Positions 22,654 to 35,976 of a DNA stretch of 64,000 bases are shown here, one piece after another. The notes beneath the pieces were generated by a model that was given only the letters and a program-made list of their open reading frames with translations, was not told where the DNA came from and did not search any database. Within the stretch, counting starts at the first letter, position 1; each line of letters begins with the position of its first letter. Source of the DNA: Centroscyllium fabricii. Lineage: Eukaryota. The DNA lies in NCBI GenBank assembly GCA_051313645.2, contig JBNRSN020000006.1, positions 2,728,001-2,792,000 of the forward strand, given 5' to 3'. A program made the translations under genes and the position numbers.

Positions 22654-25600
22654 CATTCAAACTAACCCACAATTCAAACTACCACACAATTCAAACTAGC
22701 CCACAATTCAAACTACCCCACAATTCAAACTACCCCACAATTCAAACACAATTCAAACTAGCCTACAATTCAAACACAATTCAAACTAGCCCACAATTCA
22801 GACACAATTCAAACTACCCCACAATTCAAACACAATTCAAACTAGGCTACAATTCAAACACAATTCAAACTAGGCTACAATTCAAACACAATTCAAACTA
22901 GTCCACAATTCAAACACAATTAAAACACAATTCAAACCAGCCCACAATTCAAACACAATTCAAACACAATTCAAACTACCCCACAATTCAAACACAATTC
23001 AAACTACCCCACAATTCAAACCAGCCCACAATTCAAACACAATTCAAACCAGCCCACAATTCAAACTAGCCCACAATTCAAACACAATTCAAACACAATT
23101 CAAACTAGTCCACAATTAAAACACAATTCAAACTACCCCACAATTCAAACACAATTCAAACTAGCCCACAATTCAAACACAATTCAAACACAATTCAAAC
23201 TACCCCACAATTCAAACCAGCCCACAATTCAAACACAATTCAAACCAGCCCACAATTCAAACACAATTCAAACTAGTCCACAATTCAAACTAGCCCACAA
23301 TTCAAACTAGTCCACAATTCAAACACAATTCAAACTAGTCCACAATTCAAACACAATTCAAACTAGCCCACAATTCAAACTAGTCCACAATTCAAACACA
23401 ATTCAAACTAGTCCACAATTCAAACTAGCCCACAATTCAAACTAGTCCACAATTCAAACTAGTCCACAATTCAAACACAATTCAAACTACCCCACAATTC
23501 AAACACAATTCAAACTAGCCCACAATTCAAACTAGTCCACAATTCAGACACAATTCAAACTAGTCCACAATTCAAACACAATTTAAACCAGCCCACAATT
23601 CAAACACAATTCAAACTAGCCCACAATTCAAACACAATTCAAACCAGCCCACAATTCAAACACAATTTAAACTAGCCTACAATTCAAACACAATTCAAAC
23701 CAGCCCACAATTCAAACACAATTCAAACCAGCCCACAATTCAAACTAGCCCACAATTCAGACACAATTTAAACTCGTCCACAATTCAAACACAATTCAAA
23801 CACAATTTAAACCAGCCCACAATTCAAACACAATTCAAACTAGCCCACAATTCAAACACAATTCAAACCAGCCCACAATTCAAACACAATTCAAACTAGT
23901 CCACAATTCAAACACAATTCAAACTAGTCCACAATTCAAACACAATTAAAACACAATTCAAACTAGCCTACAATTCAAACACAATTCAAACCAGCCCACA
24001 ATTCAAACACAATTCAAACCAGCCCACAATTCAAACTAGCCCACAATTCAAACACAATTCAAACACAATTCAAACTAGCCTACAATTCAAACACAATTCA
24101 AACTAGCCCACAATTCAAACACAATTAAAACACAATTCAAACTAGCCTACAATTCAAACACAATTCAAACCAGCCCACAATTCAAACACAATTCAAACCA
24201 GCCCACAATTCAAACTAGCCCACAATTCAAACACGCCCACAATTCAAACACAATTCAAACCAGCCCACAATTCAAACACAATTCAAACTAACCCACAATT
24301 CAAACTAACCCACAATTCAAACACAATTCAAACTAGCCTACAATTCAAACACAATTCAAACTAGCCTAAAATTCAAACTAGCCTACAATTCAAACACAAT
24401 TCAAACTAGCCCACAATTCAAACTAGTCCACAATTCAAACACAATTCAAACTACCCCACAATTCAAACACAATTCAAACTAGCCCACAATTCAAACTAGT
24501 CCACAATTCAAACACAATTCAAACTACCCCACAATTCAAACACAATTCAAACTAGTCCACAATTCAGACACAATTCAAACTAGTCCACAATTCAGACACA
24601 ATTCAAACTAGCCCACAATTCAGACACAATTCAAACTAGCCCACAATTCAAACTAGCCCACAATTCAAACTAGTCCACAATTCAAACTACCCCACAATTC
24701 AAACACAATTCAAACCAGCCCACAATTCAAACACAATTCAAACCAGCCCACAATTCAAACACAATTCAAACTAACCCACAATTCAAACACAATTCAAACT
24801 AGCCTACAATTCAAACACAATTCAAACTAGCCTACAATTCAAACACAATTCAAACACAGTTCAAACTAGCCTAAAATTCAAACACAATTCAAACTAGCCC
24901 ACAATTCAAACTAGTCCACAATTCAAACACAATTCAAACTACCCCACAATTCAAACACAATTCAAACTACCCCACAATTCAAACACAATTCAAACTAGTC
25001 CACAATTCAGACACAATTCAAACTAGTCCACAATTCAGACACAATTCAAACTAGTCCACAATTCAAACACAATTCAAACTACCCCACAATTCAAACACAA
25101 TTCAAACCAGCCCACAATTCAAACACAATTCAAACCAGCCCACAATTCAAACACAATTCAAACCAGCCCACAATTCAAACACAATTCAAACTAGCCTACA
25201 ATTCAAACACAATTCAAACTAGTCCACAATTCAAACACAATTAAAACACAATTCAAACCAGCCCACAATTCAAACACAATTCAAACTAGCCCACAATTCA
25301 AACACAATTCAAACACAATTCAAACTAGCCCACAATTCAAACACAATTCAAACCAGCCCACAATTCAAACACAATTCAAACTAGCCTACAATTCAAACAC
25401 AATTCAAACTAGTCCACAATTCAAACACAATTAAAACACAATTCAAACTACCCCACAATTCAAACACAATTCAAACACAATTCAAACTAGCCTACAATTC
25501 AAACACAATTCAAACTACCCCACAATTCAAACCAGCCCACTATTCAAACTAGTCCACAATTCAAACTACCCCACAATTCAAACACAATTCAAACCAGCCC

Positions 25601-26773
25601 ACAATTCAAACACAATTCAAACTACCCCACAATTCAAACCAGCCCACAATGCAAACACAATTCAAACCAGCCCACAATTCAAACACAATTCAAACCAGCC
25701 CACAATTCAAACACAATTCAAACCAACCCACAATTCAAACACAATTCAAACTAGCCTACAATTCAAACACAATTCAAACTAGCCTACAATTCAAACACAA
25801 TTCAAACTAGCCTAAAATTCAAACTAGCCCACAATTCAAACACAATTCAAACTAGCCCACAATTCAAACTAGTCCACAATTCAAACACAATTCAAACTAC
25901 CCCACAATTCAAACACAATTCAAACTAGCCCACAATTCAAACTAGTACACAATTCAAACTACCCCACAATTCAAACTACCCCACAATTCAAACACAATTC
26001 AAACTAGTCCACAATTCAGACACAATTCAAACTAGTCCACAATTCAAACACAATTCAAACTACCCCACAATTCAAACACAATTCAAACTACCCCACAATT
26101 CAAACACAATTCAAACCAGCCCACAATTCAAACACAATTCAAACCAGCCCACAATTCAAACACAATTCAAACTAGCCTACAATTCAAACACAATTCAAAC
26201 TAGTCCACAATTAAAACACAATTAAAACACAATTCAAACTACCCCACAATTCAAACACAATTCAAACACAATTCAAGCTAGCCTACAATTCAAACACAAT
26301 TCAAACTACCCCACAATTCAAACCAGCCCACAATTCAAACACAATTCAAACCAGCCCACAATTCAAACACAATTCAAACCAGCCCACAATTCAAACACAA
26401 TTCAAACTAACCCACAATTCAAACTAGCCTACAATTCAAACACAATTCAAACTAGCCTACAATTCAAACACAATTCAAACACAATTCAAACTAGCCTAAA
26501 ATTCAAACTAGCCTACAATTCAAACACAATTCAAACTAGCCCACAATTCAAACTACCCCACAATTCAAACCAGCCCACAATTCAAACCAGCCCACAATTC
26601 AAACACAATTCAAACTAACCCACAATTCAAACACAATTCAAACTAGCCTACAATTCAAACACAATTCAAACTACCCCACAATTCAAACTAGTCCACAATT
26701 CAAACTAGCCCACAATTCAAACTAGCCCACAATTCAAACTAGCCCACAATTCAAACTAGCCCACAATTCAAAC
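22654..26773. repeat. Composite 11/17-bp array (CACAATTCAAA interspersed with CTAGCC-, CCAGCC-, CTAGTC- or CTACCC-CACAATTCAAA), ~4.1 kb
   Basis: Direct reading; strongly A/C-skewed strand. Confidence 0.98.
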
Positions 26774-27034
26774 TTTTACGCGCTGTGGCCCAGAGTTGGG
26801 GATTAGTTTTACCAGGTGCACTCCGGATGAAATCCGCCGAACCAGTGCGGAAATTTAAGCGGAAATTCCATCAAGCGTAAATCTCCGCCCACAGAACAGG
26901 CCCCCAGCCCGGATCAGAATAAAGAGGGTGACGAGTTTCCGCTGGTTGTGCCCGTTCGACGAGTCTTCAAACTCAGGCTGTTTCCTTGGGCGCATGATTT
27001 AAACGTTTTTACACATTAAAAAATATTCAATTTA

Positions 27035-27802
27035 TTATTATCTGAATGGCAATAGATTGGGAGTAGGGGATGTGCAATGAGACCTGGGTGTTCTTATGCA
27101 CCAGTCGCTGAAGGTAAGCATGCAGGTGCAGCAGGCAGTGAAGAAGGCAAATGGTATGTTGGCCTTTGTAGCAAGAGGGTTCGAATACAGGAACAAGAAT
27201 GTCTTGCTGCAGTTGTGTAGGGCCTTGGTGAGATCACACCTTGAGTACTGTGTGCAGTTTTGGTCGTCTTATCTGAGGAAGGATGTTCTTGCCATGGAAG
27301 GAGTACAGCAAAGATTCACCAGACTGATACCTGGGATGGCAGGAATGATGTATGAGGAGAGATTGGGTCGACTGGGCTTGTACTCGCTGGAGGTTAGAAG
27401 AATGAGAGGGGATCTCATCAAAACACACAAAATTCTGTCAGGGCTAGACAGACTAGATGCAGGAAGGATGTTCCCGATGGCGGGGGAATCCAGAACCAGG
27501 GGTCACAGTCTAAGGATAAGGGATAAGTCATTTAGGACAGAGATGAGGAGGAATTTCTTCACCCAGAGAGTGGTGAACCTGTGGAATTCTCCACCACAGA
27601 ATGTAGTTGAGGCCAATTCATTAAATATATTGAAGAAGGAGTTAGATATATTTCTGAAGGCTAAAGGGATCAAGGGATATGGGGACAAGGCAGGGACAGG
27701 GTACTGAGTTTGGATGATCAGCCATGATCTCATAGAATGGCAGAGCAGGCTCGAGGGGCCGAATGGCCGACTCCTGCTCCTATCTTCTGTGAATCTATGT
27801 TT
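27035..27802 (+). mobile_element. CR1 (HER1-like) LINE 3' fragment
   Basis: ORF 27096-27707 ([22 protein letters not shown]) plus 3' UTR; same subfamily as 1862-2958. Confidence 0.95.
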
Positions 27803-28109
27803 ACTAAGAAACTGATCAGTGCACAGCAATGAAACTAGTAAAAGGTTCAATATAGTTTTTTTTAAGTCATTTTTAGCGATTTAAAATCTGGTTACTCCCA
27901 GATGGAGGATTATAGGCGCTCTTATTAAAAATGCTTATTTTTGTTATAAACCAATTTTCAGCTGTATTAATAAAACTGCACCAGGTTATCGCTCTCAAAT
28001 TAATCCATTGTTTTAAATGCATAAGAAACGAAATGACTTTGTGACTGCGACAGGTGTTCACGGAAAGTTTCACATTTGTAGTTATGCAAATATATTTTGC
28101 CAGAAACTT

Positions 28110-30686
28110 GAACTGTGACCCAATCAGCGCAATTTACTCCCAAATTCCCCATGAACTGTGACCCAATCAGCGCAATTTACTCCCAAATTCCCCATGAACT
28201 GTGACCCAATCAGCGCAATTTACTCCCAAATTCCCCATGAACTGTGACCCAATCAGCGCAAGTTACTCCCAAATTCCCCATGAACTGTGACCCAATCAGC
28301 GCAATTTACTCCCAAATTCCCCATGAACTGTGACCCAATCAGCGCAAGTTACTCCCAAATTCCCCATGAACTGTGACCCAATCAGCGCAATTTACTCCCA
28401 AATTCCCCATGAACTGTGACCCAATCAGCGCAATTTACTCCCAAATTCCCCATGAACTGTGACCCAATCAGCGCAAGTTACTCCCAAATTCCCCATGAAC
28501 TGTGACCCAATCAGCGCAATTTACTCCCAAATTCCCCATGAACTGTGACCCAATCAGCGCAAGTTACTCCCAAATTCCCCATGAACTGTGACCCAATCAG
28601 CGCAATTTACTCCCAAATTCCCCATGAACTGTGACCCAATCAGCGCAATTTACTCCCAAATTGCCCATGAACTGTGACCCAATCAGCGCAAGTTACTCCC
28701 AAATTCCCCATGAACTGTGACCCAATCAGCGCAATTTACTCCCAAATTCCCCATGAACTGTGACCCAATCAGCGCAATTTACTCCCAAATTGCCCACGAA
28801 CTGTGACACAATCAGCGCAATTTACTCCCAAATTGCCCATGAACTGTGACCCAATCAGCGCAATTTACTCCCAAATTCCCCATGAACTGTGACCCAATCA
28901 GCGCAATTTACTCCCAAATTCCCCATGAACTGTGACCCAATCAGCGCAATTTACTCCCAAATTCCCCATGAACTGTGACCCAATCAGCGCAATTTACTCC
29001 CAAATTCCCCATGAACTGTGACCCAATCAGCGCAATTTACTCCCAAATTCCCCATGAACTGTGACCCAATCAGCGCAATTTACTCCCAAATTCCCCATGA
29101 ACTGTGACCCAATCAGCGCAATTTACTCCCAAATTCCCCATGAACTGTGGCCCAATCAGCGCAATTTACTCCCAAATTGCCCATGAACTGTGACCCAATC
29201 AGCGCAATTTACTCCCAAATTGCCCATGAACTGTGACCCAATCAGCGCAATTTACTCCCAAATTCCCCATGAACTGTAACCCAATCAGCGCAAGTTACTC
29301 CCAAATTCCCCATGAACTGTGACCCAATCAGCGCAATTTACTCCCAAATTCCCCATGAACTGTAACCCAATCAGCGCAAGTTACTCCCAAATTCCCCATG
29401 AACTGTGACCCAATCAGCGCAAGTTACTCCCAAATTCCCCATGAACTGTGACCCAATCAGCGCAATTTACTCCCAAATTCCCCATGAACTGTGACCCAAT
29501 CAGCGCAATTTACTCCCAAATTCCCCATGAACTGTGACCCAATCAGCGCAATTTACTCCCAAATTCCCCATGAACTGTGACCCAATCAGCGCAAGTTACT
29601 CCCAAATTCCCCATGAACTGTGACCCAATCAGCGCAATTTACTCCCAAATTCCCCATGAACTGTGACCCAATCAGCGCAAGTTACTCCCAAATTCCCCAT
29701 GAACTGTGACCCAATCAGCGCAATTTACTCCCAAATTCCCCATGAACTGTGACCCAATCAGCGCAATTTACTCCCAAATTGCCCATGAACTGTGACCCAA
29801 TCAGCGCAAGTTACTCCCAAATTCCCCATGAACTGTGACCCAATCAGCGCAATTTACTCCCAAATTCCCCATGAACTGTGACCCAATCAGCGCAATTTAC
29901 TCCCAAATTGCCCATGAACTGTGACACAATCAGCGCAATTTACTCCCAAATTGCCCATGAACTGTGACCCAATCAGCGCAATTTACTCCCAAATTCCCCA
30001 TGAACTGTGACCCAATCAGCGCAATTTACTCCCAAATTCCCCATGAACTGTGACCCAATCAGCGCAATTTACTCCCAAATTCCCCATGAACTGTGACCCA
30101 ATCAGCGCAATTTACTCCCAAATTCCCCATGAACTGTGACCCAATCAGCGCAATTTACTCCCAAATTCCCCATGAACTGTGACCCAATCAGCGCAATTTA
30201 CTCCCAAATTCCCCATGAACTGTGACCCAATCAGCGCAATTTACTCCCAAATTCCCCATGAACTGTGACTCAATCAGCGCAATTTACTCCCAAATTGCCC
30301 ATGAACTGTGACCCAATCAGCGCAATTTACTCCCAAATTGCCCATGAACTGTGACCCAATCAGCGCAATTTACTCCCAAATTCCCCATGAACTGTAACCC
30401 AATCAGCGCAAGTTACTCCCAAATTCCCCATGAACTGTGACCCAATCAGCGCAATTTACTCCCAAATTCCCCATGAACTGTAACCCAATCAGCGCAAGTT
30501 ACTCCCAAATTCCCCATGAACTGTGACCCAATCAGCGCAATTTACTCCCAAATTCCCCATGAACTGTGACCCAATCAGCGCAATTTACTCCCAAATTCCC
30601 GATGAACTGTGACCCAATCAGCACAATTTACTCCCAAATTCCCCATGAACTGTAACCCAATCAGCGCAATTTACTCCCAAATTCCC
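28110..30686. repeat. 43-bp minisatellite (GAACTGTGACCCAATCAGCGCAATTTACTCCCAAATTCCCCAT), ~60 units
   Basis: Very homogeneous units; rare variants recur at a 1118-bp offset. Confidence 0.98.
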
Positions 30687-30811
30687 GACTGCAGAAACTC
30701 TACCCCGATATTACTTTTGCTTTATTGTTTATATTGCTTAATTTAAATCTTTGGATAATTAATTATTTTTTAGCAGAAAATGACCAATTATCAGTATGCA
30801 TATTTAAAAAA

Positions 30812-31020
30812 ACAAGACTTGCATTTCTATAGCGCCTTTCACAACCTCAGGACGTCCCAAAGCGCTTTACAGCCAATGAAGTACTATTTGAAGTGTTGTC
30901 ACCATTGCAAAGTAGGAAACGCGGCAGCCAAAATTGCGCACAGCAAGATCCCACAAACAGCAATGTGATAATGACCAGATAATCTGTTTTTAGTGATGCT
31001 GGTCGAAGGACAGATATTGG
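30812..31020 (-). mobile_element. SacSINE1/Deu-type SINE 3' half
   Basis: gacttgcatttctatagcgcctttcacaacc...cacagcaagatcccacaaacagcaatg. Confidence 0.85.
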
Positions 31021-31821
31021 GCATTATATACACACATATTATAGGCTAACCGATTTCCTAACAAGGGAGTGAGCCCATTAAACATAAACCTGGATCAAAG
31101 CACTAAATAGGATTGGTAAAATAGCTGTGGTTTAAAATGAGTTGGCATCAAACTGCGAGAAACGACGGGTCGCTAACATTGCAGGGAGGAGTTAATAGCA
31201 GCCCCCAAATGGAGGGTGACTGTTTTCAAGCAATTAAAAAATCAGTCTAACCCAGGAGTGTAAATTGCTGCTTGACAAACAAGTGCGCCCATGCTGTCAA
31301 CACACTCTGCCTTTATTTCGGGCATTATAAGGCCACTGGGCAGAGTTTAGTCTCACTGAGCTGCCGTTGAAATGATGAGTGGAAATTTAACAGCACGCAG
31401 CCACAGTCGGGTACTATATACCCCAGTTAGAGTTAGCTCAGAATTTCTGGGCTTCAACAGACAAAGTGGAGACAGGCAGAGACCCTCTTGTGTGGAACAG
31501 AAATGTATCTCGCACTCCCCCCACCCCCATGATGACTGATGCATCCCACAACACCATCCGATAGGTCAGGTAGTCACAATGGGATTGGCTGCCTGGACAA
31601 CAAACCAAAGGTTCCCAACTCCAACTCATTTGGTCGGAGTCATGCTGATGCAGGGATTCTGCTGCTCCGAGCAGTCCCTTCACACCAGGCACCCAGAGAC
31701 TTTGGGGAAATGATTACTGGGTCACAGCTATCTGAGTTTAGCCATTCCTCCCCATGTCCTGCCCAGTAACCGAGAGTTAACTAGCCAATGCTGTACAACT
31801 CCTCTTACATCACATTAGAAA

Positions 31822-32268
31822 GACAGAACTTTCATTTCTATAGCGCCTCACACGACCGCCGGACATTCGAAAGCACTTCAGAGCCAAAGAAGTTTTTTTG
31901 AACTGTCGTCACTGTTGTAATGTAGGAAATGCAGCATCCAATTTGCGCACAGCAAGAGCCCACAAACAGCAATGAGATACACGAGCAGACTGTGTTTTAG
32001 TGATATTGAATGGGGGATAAATATTGGCCAGAACACCAATAGCACGCCCCCGCTCTTCTTCCAGTAGTCGCATACGGTCTTTTATATACACCCCCACCCC
32101 AAAGCTCAAATGGGTCCGAGGTTTAACACCTCATCCAAAAGACAGCACCTCCGACAGTGCAGCACTCCCTCAGCACTGCACTGGAGTGTCAAGTCTGTGG
32201 AGTGGGGCTTGAACCCACAACCTTCTGACCCACAGATAAGAGTGCTGCCCACTGAGCCCAGCTGATAC
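31822..32268 (-). mobile_element. SacSINE1/Deu-type SINE
   Basis: Tail-to-head reverse match to the family, including cttgaacccacaaccttctga (reverse B box). Confidence 0.85.
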
Positions 32269-32749
32269 ATTCAATTATCTGTCCTAGCTGATTAAAGCAA
32301 CACCATTTCTTTTTTTTAATGACCTCAAATCACTGTCTGTGCACCTGTCTGGAGCAATTAAAACTTTGGGTGAAACTTTCAATTTTGGTGGGGGAGCAAA
32401 CGAGACAGCAGCGGATCAGCCACCCGGCAGACAACCCCGCCCGACTTTCCTTGCTATTGACTTCAATAGTAATGAAAATCAGACGGGATGTGCGATGAGT
32501 GGGCAATCCGCTGCCACCCGGTTTATACCCACCCCGCCTTCGGCAAAGTTGAAAGTTACAACATTTGTTGCTGTAAAATGATTTGAGCAAAGGCCAAGGA
32601 AATTATAGAGCGAGATCAGAAGAAACCTTTTCATACAAAAGAGTATCAGAAGGTGCAGTGTCTTACTACAAGTGGCGATTGATGCTAAATCAATTAGTGC
32701 TCAAAAAGATTCTGAATAAAGAAAAAGGGTGTGGGGGGAAAGCAGGAAA

Positions 32750-33310
32750 TTGAAATATATAAGATTGTGAGAGGGCTTGATCGGGTGGATGCGGTGAGGA
32801 TGTTCCCAATGGTGGGTGAGACTAGGACTAGGGGGCATAATCTTAAAATAAGGGGCTGCCATTTCAAAACTGAGATGAGGGGGAACTTCTTTACTCAGAG
32901 GGTGGTGCGGCTGTGGAATTTGCTGCCCCAGAGAGCTGTAGAAGCTACTATGTTGAATACATTTAAAACTGAGATAGACAGTTTCCTGGAATTAAAGGGA
33001 ATTAGGGGTTATGGTGAACGGGCTGGTAAGTGGACGTGAGGCTAGGTTCAGATCGGCCATGTGATCTCCTGGACCAGTTTTCGATCGCCTAGATGGGTCG
33101 GAGGGGAATTTTCCTGATTTTTTTTCTCCCAAATTGGCCACTGGGTTTTTAATCTGGTTTTTCGCCTCTCCCGGGTGATCACATGGGTTTGGGCGGGATG
33201 GAGAGTAAAAATAAAATTGAGGTTAGGATCAGATCAGCCATGATCTTGTTGAATGGCGGAGCAGGCTCGAGGGGCCGATTGGCCGACTCCTGCTCCTATT
33301 TCTTATGTAA
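32750..33310 (+). mobile_element. CR1 LINE 3' fragment with extended structured 3' UTR, within older CR1 debris (32590-33510)
   Basis: YKIVRGLDRVDA..MFP..GETRTRGHNLKI...FFTQRVVRLWNLLP, then UTR and tcttatg tail. Confidence 0.9.
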
Positions 33311-34299
33311 AATAGGACTGTCCAAAATCAATCGCCAAAAGTGGCTAAAATGCAATGCATGCAGGAAGGGCTGAATGCCCCCTCCTGTTCCAGAAGATAT
33401 CTATGCTTCTCGGTTTCCTAGACTAGATTAGAGTAGGTATCTCCAGATAAAAAGCTGGCACCAGTACAGGCACGATGGGCCAAATGGCCTCCGACCGTGC
33501 TGTAATTTTTAGGACTCTCTCACAACCTTTATTAAAGGATTAAATGCTAAAGCATTCAGCAAGTAAGTCAGCATCTGTGGAAAGAACCGATGAGTTAACA
33601 CTTCAGTTAAGGTACAGTTCCAATGAAGGGAATATACCCCAAATGATAATGTGCCTGTTCACTTCTGAGACACTGGCTGATCTGTGTGTTTTGTTGCAGT
33701 GGTTTCCTTTTGTGAACAGTTCTTTGAGATGCCCTGCCATGCCTTGCACCAGTCGTTGAACAACTGGACTGGCGGGTGACTTGTTGCCAAGCCTCTTGCT
33801 GTAACCGTTCACTAGGAGATCTATGTTTTGGTGGAGACAGACCTGCTAGCAAAATCACATCAAGGGATTTGTTTTGATCAGGAGAATGTCTGACGCACAT
33901 GGAAACCAATCACCATGTTTGAGAGTCTTCAATTCAATCTACGGATAGATCAATACCAATCTACAGGGCATGTGTCTGACCTACATGGAGTGCAGACTCT
34001 CTTCCCACAGTAACACAGCACACGTGCCCAAGACCAAGAGTTGTTTGTCGAACCAAAGCTTCGGGACTTCCAGGTGTAAAGAGCAGCACTGCTGAAGTTT
34101 AACCAGTTCAAATCATACATCTTACCAGAACAGATCACTCATTAGCACCCTGTTGCGTGTAGGGTAACCTGGAGCCAAGTGGGAAGAATCTCAAGCCCCC
34201 GGGACAAGTCCAGGCCAGCTGATGATCAATGGTGCCTTGGCGCATCGTGTGAGCATGTCTGGTTCAGGTAGGAGATTGCTAAATCTGCCAACAATGCTC

Positions 34300-34562
34300 A
34301 TATAAAGTCAGGGAACACTGCCAGATGATTACAGGTAATCTTTCCAACTGCCCTTTATCACACCTCGGCAGAGAGATAATCACAGGTGTGATAAAAGGCA
34401 GTTCGAAAGATTACCTGTAATCATCTAGCATTGTTCTCTGACTATATATGCTGTGCCTATGTGCATCTCTTCACTTCACCTGACGAAGGAGCAGCGCTCC
34501 GAAAGCTTGTGATTTCAAATAAACCTGTTGGACTATAACCTGGTGTTGTGTGACTTCTTACA
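34300..34562 (+). mobile_element. Penelope pLTR fragment with inverted 5' segment
   Basis: ~66-bp inverted arms (34300-34365 / 34384-34449), then a hammerhead and ctgttggactataacctggtgttgtgtgacttctt shared with the other copies. Confidence 0.85.
34476..34512 (+). ncRNA. Minimal type I hammerhead ribozyme motif (PLE-associated)
   Basis: UCAC-CUGACGA-A-GGAGC-agc-GCUCC-GAAA-GC-UU-GUGA. Confidence 0.8.
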
Positions 34563-35097
34563 CAAACCCAACGAGATCTTACCCATCCAACACCACCACT
34601 CAGCACACAAGGAGGGCAGTCATCAGCTGCTCATCAGACAAGTGAGTGGGAAAAACCTCACCAACATTGCTTTCTGACATGTAACCAACTGACTGACATC
34701 GCCGCACTTGAAAGTGAAGACAACACAATGAGTCGGACACAGTTGTAATTATAGTAAGAAGCTGCTGCAGTCTGTTGTGAATTAAAACATCATCACTGAT
34801 TAAAGTAGCAAGAAAAAAGACTTCATTCTAAATGTGATTCATGAAGCACTTGTTCTCCCAGAGACTTCTGTGGTGTGGAGCCATTCGTTGTTTGCATTGT
34901 GCCTATCCACCCTCTTGATAAAATACTCCATTAGTGGAGTTTGGATATGAAGCTTTTCTTTGATCTTCCATCTGTCGTGTCCGTGTATTGAGAAACTTTT
35001 ACAATACTAACAGTTCAACTTTTATTTTGTCTCATCTACTTTGGTGCTAACTCAGCTCAAGGGATATAAGGGACTGAATTTCCACTTGGACGTTTAA

Positions 35098-35872
35098 AGG
35101 CCCTGTCACACCTTGACATTTTAGCCAGCGTATGCAAATTTGGCGAAAACGCTGGGTTACGTCGGATACATTATGGGTACGTTTTGCATACGTTAAGAGC
35201 ACGCTGGCATACGCTGGCCATAAGTTGCATACGTCGTTGTACTCCGAGTAAGTCGAGAAATTTTGAGCATGCACAAAATTTCTCGACGTACCTTGCGTAT
35301 GATTCACACGTTCCGCATACGCTGGCCATACGTTGTAGGCACGTTAGGCGATCGTTGACACACGTCGACACACGTTACTTGTAAGTTAGTCATAAGTCAA
35401 AATACGTCGAGATAATGTCTAGCGTACCCGGAACTTATTTCTAACCTATGAGTAACGTGCTTTGAACCTATGTGTAACGTATCTCCAACGCATATTGACG
35501 TATTTGACGTCTTCCGGACGACCACAGAACTTATGCCCCTGTCATGCCCTGTCACACCTTGACGATTTAGCTAGCGTATGCCGACGTATCAAAATTTATC
35601 TAAAACGTCGGCGATACGCTGCCGCGCGCTATGCATACGTTAGACTATCGTTGGGCATAAGTTGTGAACGCCGACAACACGCTAAGCATTCGTTAGTATA
35701 ACTTATCTGTAAGTTATCGATACGTTCTGTGTACGTTACTAATACGTTATGCATACGTCCAACTCGTTATGAATACGCTATTATACGCCCAAAACTGAAA
35801 AAAACATCGATAGTTCAGCGTTTTAGCCAAATTTGCATACGCTGGCTAAAACGTCAAGGTGTGACAGGGCCT
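35098..35872. mobile_element. Non-autonomous PIF/Harbinger-type DNA transposon (MITE), 775 bp
   Basis: ~57-bp near-perfect TIRs (aggccctgtcacaccttgac.ttttagccagcgtatgcaaatttggc.aaaacgctg); TAA TSD at 35095-35097 and 35873-35875; no transposase ORF. Confidence 0.9.
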
Positions 35873-35976
35873 TAAAGAAAAATACTGAGATCCAGCCTCT
35901 CAAAAGTGGTAAAGCAAGTATTGAGGGAAACTAAACCAGTAAGAGAAATAAACACGACGGGCCGAGTGAGCCAGAC

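Noticed and set aside
11825-30686. CRISPR-like arrays (32- and 43-bp units)
   Set aside because: Units are head-to-tail with no unique spacers, there are no cas genes, and the context is vertebrate.
33720-34290. Possible coding or retroviral relic
   Set aside because: No frame stays open with a recognisable motif; cannot be assigned without a search.
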